DNA of 64,000 bases from Calcarisporiella thermophila CBS 279.70 (GCF_041956535.1 NW_027192196.1:799823-863822), one strand, 5' to 3'; positions 49,272 through 63,102 are shown, counted from the stretch's first letter. Numbers and translations are program-made. The notes: a model not told the origin generated them from the letters alone.

Positions 49272-49873
49272 TGGATGGCGGTATTATTCTGAGCCAAGCA
49301 ATTTCTAAATCGACCTATATACCGTATTATATATTCCCAAAATTATTAGTTATTTAATTAGTGATATTTTCGGCTTTTTCGCCATGGTTTTCTCGGTTTT
49401 CTGGCCATATGTTCTGAAAAACTAGGGAGTAATTGCTCTATTGTTAGTCAGCTATCTTTCTTAGAGCTTCTTTAATTAAAATTCATGCTCTAACTTAGTA
49501 ATGAGTCGACCAAAATAATGATGGGCTTCCAATATTGATTCATCTTCACAATTTCACTAATTCAGTAATGATTAATAAGCCGATGATTGGTGCGTGACGG
49601 CTGGAATTGGAGGGTCCTTTTCTAGAGAACCTTTCAAAATCCCAATTTTTCACTCGGCTATTCGCCAGAAACCCTATTCTGTCATTTCAAATCATAATTG
49701 CCCTCCACAAGAGAGTTAAGAGTTCGTGTATGCATTTCCCTTTTAGGTGAATTTTTATTTTTATTATTTGTTTATGGAAGGCCTCCTTGAAAACAAGCGA
49801 TGCTGGCAACGTATATAAATATATATATAGGTTAAAAGAATCGTAGACTAATTTGCCACAAATATTAACAACA

Positions 49874-51525
49874 ATGGAGCACAATTCGCAGAGCGATACT
49901 AATCCAGAGGTGACTTCTAAATCATCTACTTATGTCGACAACAATGAAAACCCTTCTACACCGTCTCGAAAAAGACCCATATTTTTCAAATTCCGGTCAT
50001 CGCGACACCTCGTTCTCTTCACAGTAGCATTGGGGATTTTCGTGGATGTAAGTTAATTTGCTACGTTTATCTAAAGCACCATGAATTAATTGAGGTTCCA
50101 CATGTAGATGTTTATATACAGTGTTATTGTCCCTATTATGCCTTTCCATCTCAGAGATCATTTGGGATTTGTAGAGGACAACATTAGTAGCACCATTGGC
50201 ATTTTACTTGGGCTTTATGCGGTTGGGCTCCTAATCGGTTCTCCGCTCTTCGGCTACCTGGGGGATCGTTGCAAAAAGCGGCAGTATCCTATGGCATTAG
50301 GTATCCTTGGAATGATCGCCAGCACGATCCTCTTCATGTTCTCGCTCCAGTTTTGGGTGCTGCTCGTTGCCCGTTTTCTGCAAGGTAAGCTCTGGTGTTT
50401 AGGTTGCTGATGTTAGGGGTTTTGACATTTTTATCTGTACCAGGCTTGAGTGGCGCCTGCATCTGGACCGTTGGATTTGCCATGCTCTCGGACAATTTCC
50501 CAGATGAAATAGGATCTGCCATAGGCAAGGTAAGGGATGCATTTCAGTCAGTGCAAATCCTTAATACGTATGCCTAACGAAGATCCTCTATAGGTGGTGC
50601 CATTCCTCTCGCTTGGAATGCTCTCAGGAAATCCAATTGGCGGTAGCTTGTACGAAGCCAAAGGTTACCATGCTGTCTTTGGGCTCTGCATTGCGATGGC
50701 CGTTATCGATCTTTTAGCGCGGCTACTTCTCGTTGAAAAGCGTGGGAGTCCACCGGAATGGTGGCCAGAGAATTCCACTCCCAATGAGAAGCCCTTGGAA
50801 GATGAAAACGTACCGAAGAGAAGCCTAGCGAGCGTGCTCTTCAGCCCTCGCATGTTGGCTGGATTGCTCATCACGTTTTCGGAGGCGTTTATCTTTGCGG
50901 GACCCGAGGCAACATTCCCCGTTCACCTCCACCAAACCTTTGGCCTAGAATCGACACAAATCGGCCTCGTCTTTATCGCAATTGTCTTCCCAACCTTCAT
51001 CTTTTCCCCCATTGGCGGCTATCTCTCTGACCGATATGGATCGAGACTGATTTGCGTGGTCGGGCTGTTGCTTGCAGGGATGTGCACTATGCTGCTAGGA
51101 GTGCCCAATAGCCTCGCGACCTTCATCGTTTTGCTATTCTTTTTTGGCTCGTTTGGTGCAGTGTTCATTGCCCCTATGATTGGCGAATTCTCATTAATTG
51201 TGCGTGTGCCTGGATCAGATCCCGACACGGCCATCACGCGCTCCTATGCCTTATTTAATGTAGGAATCCATTTGCAGTGCATTTCCCCTTCTCTTTTTGT
51301 ACTCACGCTATCTTTCATATTTAGATGGCTTTTGGTCTCGGGTTGGCAGTTGGCCCCATTGTCTGCGGCAGGCTTTTAGACCAGATTGGATTTTTCTACG
51401 TTGGTATCTTCATGGGTGCTATGTGTTTCTTTGCAGCTCCGTTTGCAGCTCTGTGGACTGGAGATGGCTGGTTCAAACCACAAACCTCCACCGAAAATGT
51501 TGATACCTCCACCGCCGATGTCTAG
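49874..51525 (+). CDS. MFS transporter, SLC18/VMAT (DHA1)-like
   Basis: LFTVALGIFVDMFIYSVIVPIMP, GYLGDR, ARFLQGLSGA, GYLSDRYG and SYALFN.AFGLGLAVGP across GT-AG exons. Confidence 0.88.
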
Positions 51526-52572
51526 ATCCCCCCAACATTCCCATTCAGCATCGCTTGTATATTATTTATTGGCGCTCGTTCAAGATTCTTAATGCATCCA
51601 ATATTTATTTAATTTAAATTATATCATAGATATTTATCCTAGAATATGGACGCTTGAGGTCCTAGGCTGAAAGTTTTTCACCTATATATATATTCGATGT
51701 GAAAATGACACGTCTTTCATCCCTCCTTTTTGTGTCGTGACAATATGTATAAATATATATCGAAAGATATAATGCATTATATTGATTGATGATGCTTAGA
51801 TCAGCATAGGAAAATAAAAATCAAGATATCCTCTTTTTTATTATTTTATCTCATCGTTGATGTATCAATTGCAGACTTGAACTATATTTTGATGTAAACA
51901 CAACTGTTGCCACAAATCACTAAAGCATATAACTGTACAATGAAATAGTGGTTCTGAGAATAAAACTCTAAACTACATTGACTCTACCTTGGAATGTTTC
52001 AAACCACAAATATCAACAATTACACTTGGATAGTCTGTTGAGGTAGATGATTGCAAGGCACTGCACATTTCATTTTTTTATCTATTTATCCTAGGCGAAT
52101 TACTCTACCATATATCCCGAAAATTCAGGATGATTGAAAAGTAATGCTATCGACCTCTAATAATTCGGATCCTTCAAATAACCTGGTTCGGCTTCCATGG
52201 GCAAAATGTCCTGCAATAAGATTTAGAATAGAGAATTTAAAATAAGGTAAATCAAGAAACTTTCCTTTCTTCGTAAATTAGGGGAGGACAAGGCGATACA
52301 AACATGAGAGGAACAATAGGGACCCGTGCTCGAAAGAGAACAATAGGCATTGTTCACAGTAACTTTGGCTAACAATATTTTTAAGCAGAATCGCTCTAGA
52401 GCTCCTTCAACCCTTCTTCTTGCCATTGCCCCGAGCCTGCTAATCGTCAAGAGCAGAAGCATACTTGTCCTTCATTTCCCACTGCGAATTCTCTCTCATT
52501 ACAGCAGCTTAATATCTGTATTGCATCATCTTTATATTTTAATAACCTCTTCGACAGCTGAACGTAAAATAA

Positions 52573-53696
52573 ATGCCCGGTTTTCCTTCGCTTGCTCAGT
52601 TTTATATTGCGTTACAGGTGATTGCCATTCTTCTTGGTATCATCCTACTCTTAATCCTCGTTCAGGCACGCACCTCTCTTTCTCTTGTGGGCCTGACGTT
52701 TACCACGATCCCCCTTGCTCTTGTTGAGCTCATCACCATACTTCCCTATGGATCCAACCTCAATCAAATCAGTAGATATCCCGTATGCATTGTTCAAGCC
52801 TATCTTGAAGATTATTTCCATCTCTCTGTCACTCTGTGGGGATTTATGGTCACATTCAACCTGTGGCTCGTGCTTGTGCGAAAGTCGCAAAAACACGAAA
52901 GCCTGCGATGGCCCTATTTCGCGCTGGTAGCATGGGGCCTACCATTTGTATTTATCGGATTAATGGCTCTCTTGGGGCATTCTCTACCGAATTTTGGCGT
53001 GTTTCCGGCTGTGTACTACTGTCTGGTAACCGACAAACTCAGGAATCCGGTGATTATGATCCCATCTTTCACGATAGACATTGTGGCAACGGCTTTCGCA
53101 AGTAGTTGGTTAAAGCATCGTAATAAAATATGTCCTTATAACTGATATCTTTTTTGGTGTCAGTCATCTGCACTGTTACCGTTATCCAGCAGCGCCTGTA
53201 CTTACAAAAAACATTTGGCGAGGTCGCTAGTTTTCCCACTAGTATCAAAATCAGGCATAGAGCACGATTTCTTTTACAGTTAGGAGTGACCAAAAATTTA
53301 ACTTAGATATTTTTTTATTTTCAATAGTATTCTGATACGACTGGTTGTTTTCTCCCTTATCTATGGATTGCTAGGCTTTTTGGCACATAGTAAGATTTCT
53401 GACCCATACTCTACGTCGATGATTTATATATCATATTTATTCTTTACTTAGTGACAAAACTTGTGAATCCTACCGATAGCTCGGAATCGGAACACGGCCG
53501 TCAGGCGAGTCTCGAAGAGTTCTCTGGTCCAATGGTTATTGTTGGACTCTTTCTTGTATTCGGTATAACGAGAGATACCATTCATACGCTGAAAGAATGG
53601 GTGGGCCGACGCTGTTGGAGTTTTAACACCAGGTTAAAGTCCTTCGGAGGCATAGCGGATTCACGTAGAATTCTCAGACGCGCCAACGGATATTGA
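52573..53696 (+). CDS. Putative 7TM GPCR-like receptor (cAMP-receptor/Git3-like)
   Basis: Successive TM helices, a CIVQA...W...FNLW TM3, AWGLP TM4, and the extracellular loop-2 Cys (YYC). The spliced 3' exons encode further TMs ending FLVFG. Confidence 0.65.
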
Positions 53697-54066
53697 GTTG
53701 CTTTGAAATGCTGCGTGAATTTGCTACAACAACCTCGCTAAACAGCTCGCACCCACGAATCCTTATTGACTATTTGTTCTTTAGTTTATTTGCAATAGTT
53801 AATATGCTTTTTAGTGCTTATTTATATTATTAATTTCAAGGGCTTTTTTAATGCATAGTTATGTGTTTATTGTAATCGGAGGTAGATGTGTTGATATGAT
53901 CTAGGCGACCAATACGTGCTGATTAGTTTTTTATTCAAAACGATTAAATGTCTGAGGGCGAAAAAAGTGGAGAGGCAAAAAGTTTCCAAATGCGATTGAG
54001 GATTAAATATATTCAAATAAATTAATACCCACCTATTATACAACAAAATGAAGATTATGGTACAAT

Positions 54067-55067
54067 TTACAGTATCAGAGAATCAGTGAAGTTGTGGGAG
54101 CGGAAGAGATTTAAATAATAGTGCAAAGTTTGTCCTAAGTAAGTAGGCTTCTCTTTTAATACTGGAAGCTTATCTCGGTACTTCATGGGGATGGGGCATT
54201 CGAAGCTGAATTTCCCTTCCCATGAGAGGTTATGGAGACAGAGAGCGCCGTTGGCAGCGTTGAACTTGGTGACTAGATGCGCGGCCAATGAACTTACGGA
54301 TACGCCATCATGATCTCCATTCAGCCCGCAAATTGTCAAAAGATCGTTATACGCCCAGGTGCTCGGGCTGGTGACGGTGGTGATGTTGTAAGTAAGGATG
54401 ACGGGTAAGTTAAAGCGAGTGGTAGCGTGCGCTTGAAGAGTTTGGGCATGGAGAAAACCTTTTCCTACTAGAATTAAGCCGCTGCCGATGCTTGAGTGGT
54501 CGGGACAAAAGAGCTAGCAGATGATACATTTATGAGGAGGACGTATGAATATTTTCATTCTTATCTTATGCATACCTCAACCGTGATGTTACTCAAGTCT
54601 GTCTTAAGCCAGTTGGGACTCGTCACCTCCAGCTCGAGCTCTGTTGCCACGGACAGCAGTTCATATCCCTCTGATTGAACCAGCTCGATTCGTGTTGACT
54701 GTGTTTGGTGCCTTGGGGCTCCGAGAACGCGGATATTCGGCCATCGGGGTGAAAAAAAGAAGCACACCATAAAGGTACAAATGATTAACACAATGGTCAC
54801 GGGTATCACCAAAAAGAATGTGCGCCTAAATCGACGACGTTTTATCTTTTCCTGCATCTGTTTTGGCTGCTCATCTTCGTATCTGATAAAGCGACCAAGC
54901 TCAACCTCGATCTTATTAGCTTCGAGCTTTGTTATAGCCTCTGTCATATATTCCTCGGTGATTGAAGCAAGGGGCTCATCCTTGTCTTTCTCCCAATCAT
55001 TATTATCGGCCTTTGCTAATAACTTTTTCATATATGAGTGGATGTGATTACACCCGAGGGAAGGCAT
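54067..55067 (-). CDS. Type II membrane protein, LEA_2 (NDR1/HIN1-like) domain; 2 exons
   Basis: A basic patch (RRRFRR) precedes a TM ending FFSPRWP. It is followed by beta-rich 'LEVTSPNW...LSNITVE...VGKG...TRFNLPV...LLTICG...FECP'. Confidence 0.65.
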
Positions 55068-56794
55068 GGTCGCCTTTGTGATGATATCCAAGGTGCGAGG
55101 GAAAGGGAGCGAGTGTAGAAGGAAGGAGAGAGTAGAGGTAATGTATTTAAATGATGGCCAAAACAACTACGGTACCTAGTGGAAGGAAAAAAGGGGAGAA
55201 AGAAAACAAGAGTTTAAAATGATTATTACTGTATTAAATACGAGGATCGAATATTGGGGAAACACACCCCTTAACAAAAACAAATCTCTATACTCGGCAG
55301 CAAACTTTTAATATTGATTCTTAGCGTGGGTGGCAATCTGAGGATTTCCAGCCCTTCCATCCCCTGGGAACAGCCTTGATTGGCCCACGCTGGGCCAGCA
55401 TTAATAAACAAGTGGGGTACAAACTGGCCAGCTTTCCTGTTTGAGATTGCCCCTGAAAGTTCGCCTTAAGTGCCCTGAAAACAGTTTGCTAGTCTTAGCT
55501 CACTGACCCTTGAGCCGAGTTTCATTGTTGAATTCCTGAGAGTGCGCCAGCCTGACTGTCCCAGTGTGCACGCTAGCAATCGTAGACACTTCAAAGGTGC
55601 CTCTTGGAGGTACAGCCGGGTATCTTTCTCTATGGACCCTCGAATCGAGGATTCAGTGTGTGTGTGGTCGTTGCAGTCCCTCCATTAAGCCTACGCCAAG
55701 GTCAATGCTTCCAAATATTTTTATTGTTCCTGGTTATATTTTGCTATTATTGTTATTAGAAAACCCCTTGGTCGAGGATCCTAAGTTTAACACGATTGGC
55801 ACAGGATTCCAATTTGTCGGTTTTGTTAACCCGGAAAAACAAGCAAGGGGGACTGTGTGTTCAGGACAATTATCAGGGATGTCAATACTATTGGAGGTCT
55901 AAGATTAATAGCATACAAAAAATTCTATATCAGCTTGCTTTATTGATCAGCCAGATTGATTATTTTGTTTCGACCTATGAGGAAATGGAAATGAGGGGGT
56001 CTTTATATCTTAAGGCACACTAAAACTATGGTAATACAGAAGGCCCTTTGTGGTAAGGATAGAATGGTTTCGAACCATGAAAGCAATCGCCTAATAGCAA
56101 GCAAGTGATCAAAAAATTGAGGAGCTATTTGCCTTCCAAGGGTTCGCCTTGTAATATTCTTCAGTGGCACAATAAGTGTAATTGCATATCTGAGGTTCAT
56201 CTTTTGCTTCTGTAATCTCTTCTCGGGCATTTTTCCATGAGCTGGGAATTTGCTTACGTCTACTGAGTGGCTTAGTAATTTATCGGACAGCTCATTTTTT
56301 TTTCCTTGAGGAAAAACTTCCCTCTACTTCAATCTCTTCTTGAAAATAGCCCTACTTGTTGCGAGCACTTCCACCCCCCCCTCCAAAAGATTGTTCTGTG
56401 TTGATTCTCGTCTCCTCTTATTACCACTCCACCTAACCATTCCGAGAGAAAAGAGATTATTGATCCCATTTGGATCGGAACTATTCTTTAATCAATCGCT
56501 TCTTTTTCTCATCTTTTTCTCCTACAAAATCCCCACTCGCCAAAATATCTCCTAATCATACACTTTTAGTGACCAGAAAAGCTTTTCTAAGAGATCAGAC
56601 CACTATTGCCTTAGTGTAAGTGTTTCATTATTATATGGCGTTGCTAAATTGAAGGCTGATTTCACACCATGTCCTTCACATATCAAATCAGGATAGAACA
56701 ATAAAGCCCATCACCATTCCGCAATAAATACAGATTTGCTAATAGAATCACCAGCGTGCAAAAATCCCATCGGATTTTTTTTTTCCTAGGTCTG

Positions 56795-59700
56795 ATGTCA
56801 AGTTCCTATAGCTCTACGGGATCGGTTGGGAAATCAACCAACCGTCTCCCATCTCCTGACGAAGGCCTCTCGCATCCACCCTCTGATGTGTCTTCTCCGC
56901 AAACTGACCCGCACATAGATCAAGAAGCCGCAGACGATATTTCTCCCCCGGTCGAAAATTTCCCACATTCTCTCGAACGTTCGCTTTCAAAGACAAGCGA
57001 AGGGCCTCCCGCAACCACTACCACCATCACCGTAGTAAAAACTACTACCACTACCACTACCACTACCACCACCACCCGCACAAAACAGCCGTCATTTGTA
57101 TTCAAAGCACCCCCCTTGGTATCGTTTGACTCTCGACGGTATCCACTTGCGCTGATTCCCACGCCTTCATCTCTACAACGATTCAGCTTTGAAATCAATG
57201 GCCACCGAGTTGTGTTTGAGGAAAACGAAGTTGACGGGACAATAGTGAACGTGAGTTCATCGAGTCATTTTATACCTACACTGTAGATTCAAATTTATGC
57301 ATACCATATTTATCTAGCAGGTACAAAGGACTCATGGCGAGATGGAGCCCACCGTATCGTCCATGTCGTTCACTACGACTTCATTTGGTGGCGAGGGCAG
57401 TAATTCGACCCCCGATTCCCCCAGTGCCACACGCAAACGAGCCGCTTCGCCTGCTGAAGTGTCTCCAAGAGAGACTTTTGTGGAAGACGGTGTCGAAGAT
57501 TCTACACCCTCCAGCACCAACTCATCCTCCCTAGCCCTTTCCCCTTTCAAAAAGCGTCGCGCTCTCGTGGAAAACCCTTTAGCCAAAGACATGGAGTCGA
57601 GTTCATCTGTGGCTTCGTCTCCTGCCCTACATCGTCTTCGTACGGCGAAAAATAAGCGAGACAGATCCACCTCGTCGGATTTACCCTCCCCCTCTCTCTC
57701 ACCCATAACTTCTTCTGTTGGTCAAGGCCTATCTGCCGACTCTTATTTTTCTTCTGGAAGCACCTCCACCGTATCCACAAAAAGAGTGGCTGAGAATGGG
57801 CCAGGTGCCCAAATCAGCGACGAAAGCAAGCTTGGGCAGGAGGCCAATCCATTGTTCAGCATGCCCTCCATTGCGGCCATGTTCGATACTCTACCCGGCC
57901 AGTTGCAGTCCTACCTGCTTTTCCAACTCTTACGCCGGTCGTCTACCCAAACGCTTCAGCTGGCTAACTCTGTCATCATGAGGGCAATGCGTCGTGACTT
58001 CTTGACGGAGCTCCCCTTTGAGCTGGCGCTTCATATTGTGCAGTATCTTGATGTGCGTAGCATGTGTCGTGCCGCACAAGTATGCAGGCGCTGGCGCTTG
58101 GTGATCGATTCTGACTCTCATGTGTGGCGGCAGAAGCTCGAAGAGGATGGTTTCATGGTTTCGGAAGAGGAGGAGGCCAGGGCGTTCCAGGAGGGTTGGT
58201 CGACCTATGGACTCAGCTTCAAACTCCAGAAACGTACGCCAAAACTGGCAGATAAGCGAGCCCCTGGCCTGGCCTCCCTCCATACTCCGGAATTTCGACG
58301 TGAAACGAACCCGGAATTGTTGAAGAGTCTGTCCAGTAGTTTCCTCAGCACTAGACAAATCCTGGAGCTCTTGGACCAGAAGGCGGAATCCCAAGGCAAG
58401 GAAGCGCACGCATCCCACAGTGCCTCCGAGCAAAATCAAGTAGGACAAGGATCAGACCCCGCTCTACTTACGCAGCACAGACACGCCATGTTGCAGGCAC
58501 TCATTGAACGACAGAAAGCACAGCTGGCTCAAGAGAAGAGAGAGGTGGGCTCGTCGAGCGATATCTCTGAGCGGATTTCAAGGCTCCGGGATCAAGCCAT
58601 GGATCTCACTCGAAAGCTGATGACTCCGTATAAATCGGAGGAAGATCGCCGCCAATCCTCCTTGTTTGACGGCTTTTCCCCTTTGAAGTCGGACGCTACA
58701 GCCGATACCTCCTTGGATGAGGACACGAAGAGCATCTGCAATTTTGAGGAGGCTGACACTTATGTGGGATTGCACCCTCGCACGGTCGACCGTGGCGAGG
58801 CGCGATCTGTAGGGCAGTCGAAGCTCCGAATGGAGATCTCTGAGAGCATCCGCCAGCCCTCAGCTGACTATGTTTCGGAGGAAGACTCATTTAATGACAA
58901 ACCCGATCTGATCCTTAGTCAACGTCTCCCCCTTCCTCCCTCATCCCGCCATCCATATAAAGAGCTCTATCGACGCCACCACATCCTTCGTCGTAACTGG
59001 GCTCTGGGCCGTGCCAAGCGCTATGCTTTCCACGGGCACAGCAATAACGTGGTGACCTGCCTGCAGTTCGACGATGACAAAATCATTTCTGGGTCTGATG
59101 ACAACTGCATCAACGTGTACGACACCTCCACTGGCCGTCTGCGCAAGCGGCTCGAGGGCCACGAGGGCGGAGTATGGGCTCTGCAATACGTTGGGAACAC
59201 GATGGTGTCGGGCTCCACGGATCGGACCGTTCGAGTTTGGGATATTGAGCAGGGCAAGTGCACGCATGTGTTCATGGGCCACACAAGTACCGTGCGCTGT
59301 TTGATGATCATCATGCCATCAGAAACGGTGCGCACCGATGGAACCCGGGCTGTGGAGCCTTCTGTGCCCCTGATCGTGACCGGCTCGCGGGACACCACGC
59401 TCCGCGTATGGCAGCTGCCAAGCCCCGAGAGCGAACCCTGGATCAGAAAGCAAGAGTCGTCCGAGTTCCCCGTCGTTTCCGACCCGTACTTGCTGAATGT
59501 GCTGCGAGGACATTCTCACTCGGTGCGAAGCATTGCTGCCACCGGCAACACTCTCGTCAGCGGCAGCTATGACCATACGCTGCGGGTGTGGGATCTTGCC
59601 ACGGGCACGTGTCAGTTTGTGATGGAGGGCCATAGCCAGAAGGTATATTCGGTCGTGATTGCGCCGGATCGTACAAGTTGCATGAGTGGTAGTATGGATG

Positions 59701-60227
59701 GGACTGTGCGTGTGTGGAGTCTGCTTGACGGGTCATGTCTCACGATGCTTGAGGGGCATATTTCGCTCGTGGGGCTGCTTGGGCTCACTCCAAACCATCT
59801 GGTTTCGGCTGCAGCAGACTCCACGCTACGTGTGTGGGATGTGGAGCGCCGCGTGTGCCGCCACGTCCTCGTGGGACACCCCAGTGCCATCACATGCTTC
59901 CAGCACGATGACACAAAGGTGATCTCTGGAGCCGAGGGCGGTCTCAAGATGTGGGATCTCTCCACAGGGCAACACGTGCGCGACCTTTTGACTGGGGCTC
60001 AAGGAGTGTGGCGCGTGGCTTTTGATGAGCGGCGATGTGTTGCTGCCGTACATCGAGGCTTGCATCGTGAGAGGCTAACGTGGTTCGAGGTGCTTGACTA
60101 CGGGGTCTATGGAATTGAAGAGGAGTTTGCCGATGACCCAGCTGGAGCCGGCGAGGAAGACGAAATGTGGTCCAACATGGTAAAGCCTCCACCCATGGAC
60201 GACACCATGTCGGATCTGGAAGACTAG
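56795..60227 (+). CDS. CDC4: F-box/WD40 SCF substrate receptor Cdc4/Fbw7
   Basis: Exon 1 has the fungal Cdc4-type poly-T/YPLA..PTP motif; intron from about 57251 to 57317/57320. D-domain (LLFQLLRR), F-box DFLTELPFELALHIVQYLD, and WD40 repeats (VVTCLQFD, GHEGGVWAL, SGSTDRTVRVWD, GHTSTVRC). Confidence 0.95.
57014..57076 (+). repeat. ACC/ACT trinucleotide run encoding poly-Thr
   Basis: TTTTITVVK followed by T12 (57041-57076), made of mixed ACT/ACC codons. Confidence 0.9.
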
Positions 60228-60782
60228 AAACTGGATTTGCTTTGCTTTGTTTTTTTTTTGAGAACATTCGACGTGAAGCACCCTGTGCGATTCAATTATC
60301 ACCCCATTCTATTTTTCTTTTTCCTTTTTCTGATAAAAGTGTTTCCTCATTTTGCATGGAAGCCATACCTTATATTGTTTTGCGTCTTTTATTGGTACAT
60401 TTTTCCATCTTCCATCTCCCTCCCCAACTCCCTGCTTATTTTGTCTTGAAAACCGAATGTCTATAAAGTACTTTTTTGAACAATTTTTAATCACACCGCC
60501 TTTTATTTTTCCCCTCTTCTCATGATTCTCCTTATAACTTTGTTTTATTCGTTTTTGTGAATTCTATTTCTCCTTTTTAATGTCTATTTGTTATTTTACT
60601 TTTTCTGTTGTTTATTAAAAGCAGTTTTATATATTGCAAGCGTTCTGGCAGAGTGAAGAAAACCTTTATTGGGGGAAAACCCGTGAAGCACTTAGCATCC
60701 CACCAGTTGGTGGCAGCAGCCCATTGAGAGTGCGGGCTGCTTCATTCCAAGATCGCCTCACCTATGGGCCACGCCCATCATG

Positions 60783-61920
60783 CTATGAGCTTTTCTCCTC
60801 TGTCTTCGTCTGCGTTTCTTGTCTTTCTCCCTGACTCTCCCGGTAATACGCATTATATATCCGTTTTGCTAGCTCTACCAAATTCTTTCGTCGTTGCACG
60901 GCCTCTCGCAGCACAGAAACTGGGGCGTGAGAAGCAAGGATGGTGTGGAGATGAGCAAAGACGATAGCATCGAGCAAGGTTGGTTTGCTTTCAAAGGGGA
61001 AGCGGACGTGTTAAAGGGGCGTGGGGAGATTGAAGATAATTCAATTTCTTGCCTACCTTCCAAAGAAATAGTCGCCTCCCTCGCTAAGCTTTAATGACAG
61101 CGCTTCCAGCGCCTGCTCTGCTTCATTGTATATTTCTTCACGCGCAAGGACATCCCGGTAGGCAAGTAGTTCCGATACGACTGCACTCTTCAGCTGGTAG
61201 AGTGCCACGCGATCTATAGGACTTGCGCAGTGGGCGACATAGCGAGAAGCAAGGCGCTCGAAATTTTGAGACTCGCAAAATATGTTATATAGCTATTCAA
61301 TGAATGAAAAATGATCTCGGAGGTTAGGCCGATGGGCATAGGGAGTAAAAAAAGTTAGGCCTTTTAGAGGATTCGGTCACCTACAAGTGCAGGTCTTAGT
61401 TTTGTCTCGACCAGAGCTGAGAAAGCTTTGTTTAGCGATTCTTGAACCTTGTCTAAAGGGGGGAGCTTATTCTCCGCCTGTAATAACTCAAATATCCTCT
61501 CTTTATCTAAACAGTCGCCGTTTGGGAGGGCGAGGAATGGAAGTTTGCCTTTGAAGAAAAAGAAATTAGATCATCAACTCATAGAAAGGCCGTGGCGGAA
61601 AAGAAAAATATACCATTGGGTGACATCAATGGTTCATTGCCATTTTTTACTTGAAAATCGTAGCCACAGAATAAAAGATATGTCTGAAAAGCAAAACTCT
61701 CGTTCAGTATAGCTAGAATTTTGTATTGCTACCAAGGAGCACTGACTTGTAATGTTAAACAGTCGGCATCAAATGAAGGAGCATCTGATTTCCACCCAGG
61801 ACCGTATACGTAGAGAACAGGTTTCACGGGGTGCACGGGGGTATGAACAGGATCGTATGTTTTTAAAGGAAATGTGGCAAAGAGCTGTTTAATCGCGGGA
61901 GGAATTTCAGGAGTCGACAT
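60783..61920 (-). CDS. Metaxin/Sam35-like mitochondrial outer membrane SAM subunit; multi-exon
   Basis: P..IKQLFATFPLKTY, PSFDADCLTLQTYL, SPNGKLPFL, LSLKLSEGGDYFFG.KPTLLDAIVFAHL (GST-like metaxin N and C motifs). Confidence 0.85.
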
Positions 61921-63102
61921 TTTGAACTGATATTGAATAGTAAAATAATTCGCGATGTTAACTTTATAAGCATCCATTTTACCAGTCACGCTTTTTTTTC
62001 ACACCTATGCTCTGGTTCAACTCTCATGAGCGCAAATAGTGAGACGCTATCAGTTGCTACACTGAAAAATGAGTTTTTGGAGTATATCTTTCCTCTTAAG
62101 ATTCATTTTTGAGGTCAGAGCTCTTCCTGTTGTACCTCCGGCAAAGGTATAGGGGCTATGCTACATTTTTTTATAGCTGATCGATAAAGCAGGCTACCCA
62201 TGCTTTAATGAGAGGATTTCTTAGCTGCTCTCTCGGATCATTATGTCTTTTTCAATCCTTTCTAGTTGATTCAGTCTCTTGAACAGTTTGTATAGAGAAG
62301 GAAGAATACACTTCAGGATAAGCTAAACAAGCATGCGTTGTCAAGGTGCTGCAAGGACACTTTCCTTTATTCTCCATTTATTGGGAAAGGTTTCGATAGC
62401 GCTTTTCCTCGGGGGCCCAACCATTGCTGGAGTCTGGATGCGTCATTCCACCACATCATTCCACTATACTAGTCATCCGCTGGTCGCCAAAGAAAAAACA
62501 AAAGGTGGTCATGAGTAAAAACAATTAGTAATATGAACGGGGTAGGGCTATTTTGTTTTCATTCTATAGAGGAGAGGATGGAATTGTTTTCTGGTAGCCA
62601 GCCCAATCTATCTTATCAACATGCAAGTTGCATCTCTGCCACGCCAATCTGGTGACGGAAAACAAATTAAAGGCAAACCGCAATTCAGAACTCTCCTCAA
62701 ATTATCTACCGATGACGTGCATTTCAGCTAGAGGAAATTCTTAAATCGGCTGCATTCAGAAGCTCACGTCAATGTGTTACAGTTTGAACTTTATGTATTT
62801 CTGCAACTTAAGGATCCCGCCCGAGAATCTTCATTTGCCGCTAATAGGAAACAGCTTAAAGGGCTCTATTGACCACTTGGTCTCAAAACAATCCCTCTTG
62901 TCCTTTCTTCATCAGATTAAACAGCGTCGTAAATGGTGCAAAGGCGTGTATGATGGAAAGCCTGATATAGTTGAGGGGCTGTTGTAGAAGCGGTGGCTTG
63001 TTTTTTGCATGAATTATCCTCCAAAATATAAGATGATCTAGGGGTTAAAACGTTTTCCCTTGCTTTTCCTCCATCTTTCTTAATGATTAAAGAGCTGTGC
63101 CC

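Noticed and set aside
55564-56555. Short ORFs upstream of CDC4
   Set aside because: Non-ATG or weak starts and no motifs; more likely promoter or 5'UTR (possible UTR intron at about 56616-56789).
57332-60302. Numerous antisense and alternative-frame ORFs over CDC4 (likewise over 1223-2788, 17874-19679, 26126-27835 and 31486-31932)
   Set aside because: Shadow ORFs of GC-richer coding sequence with no independent protein signal.
61990-63096. Short ORFs between the metaxin-like and PQ-loop genes
   Set aside because: No homology cues or splice structure; treated as a divergent promoter region.
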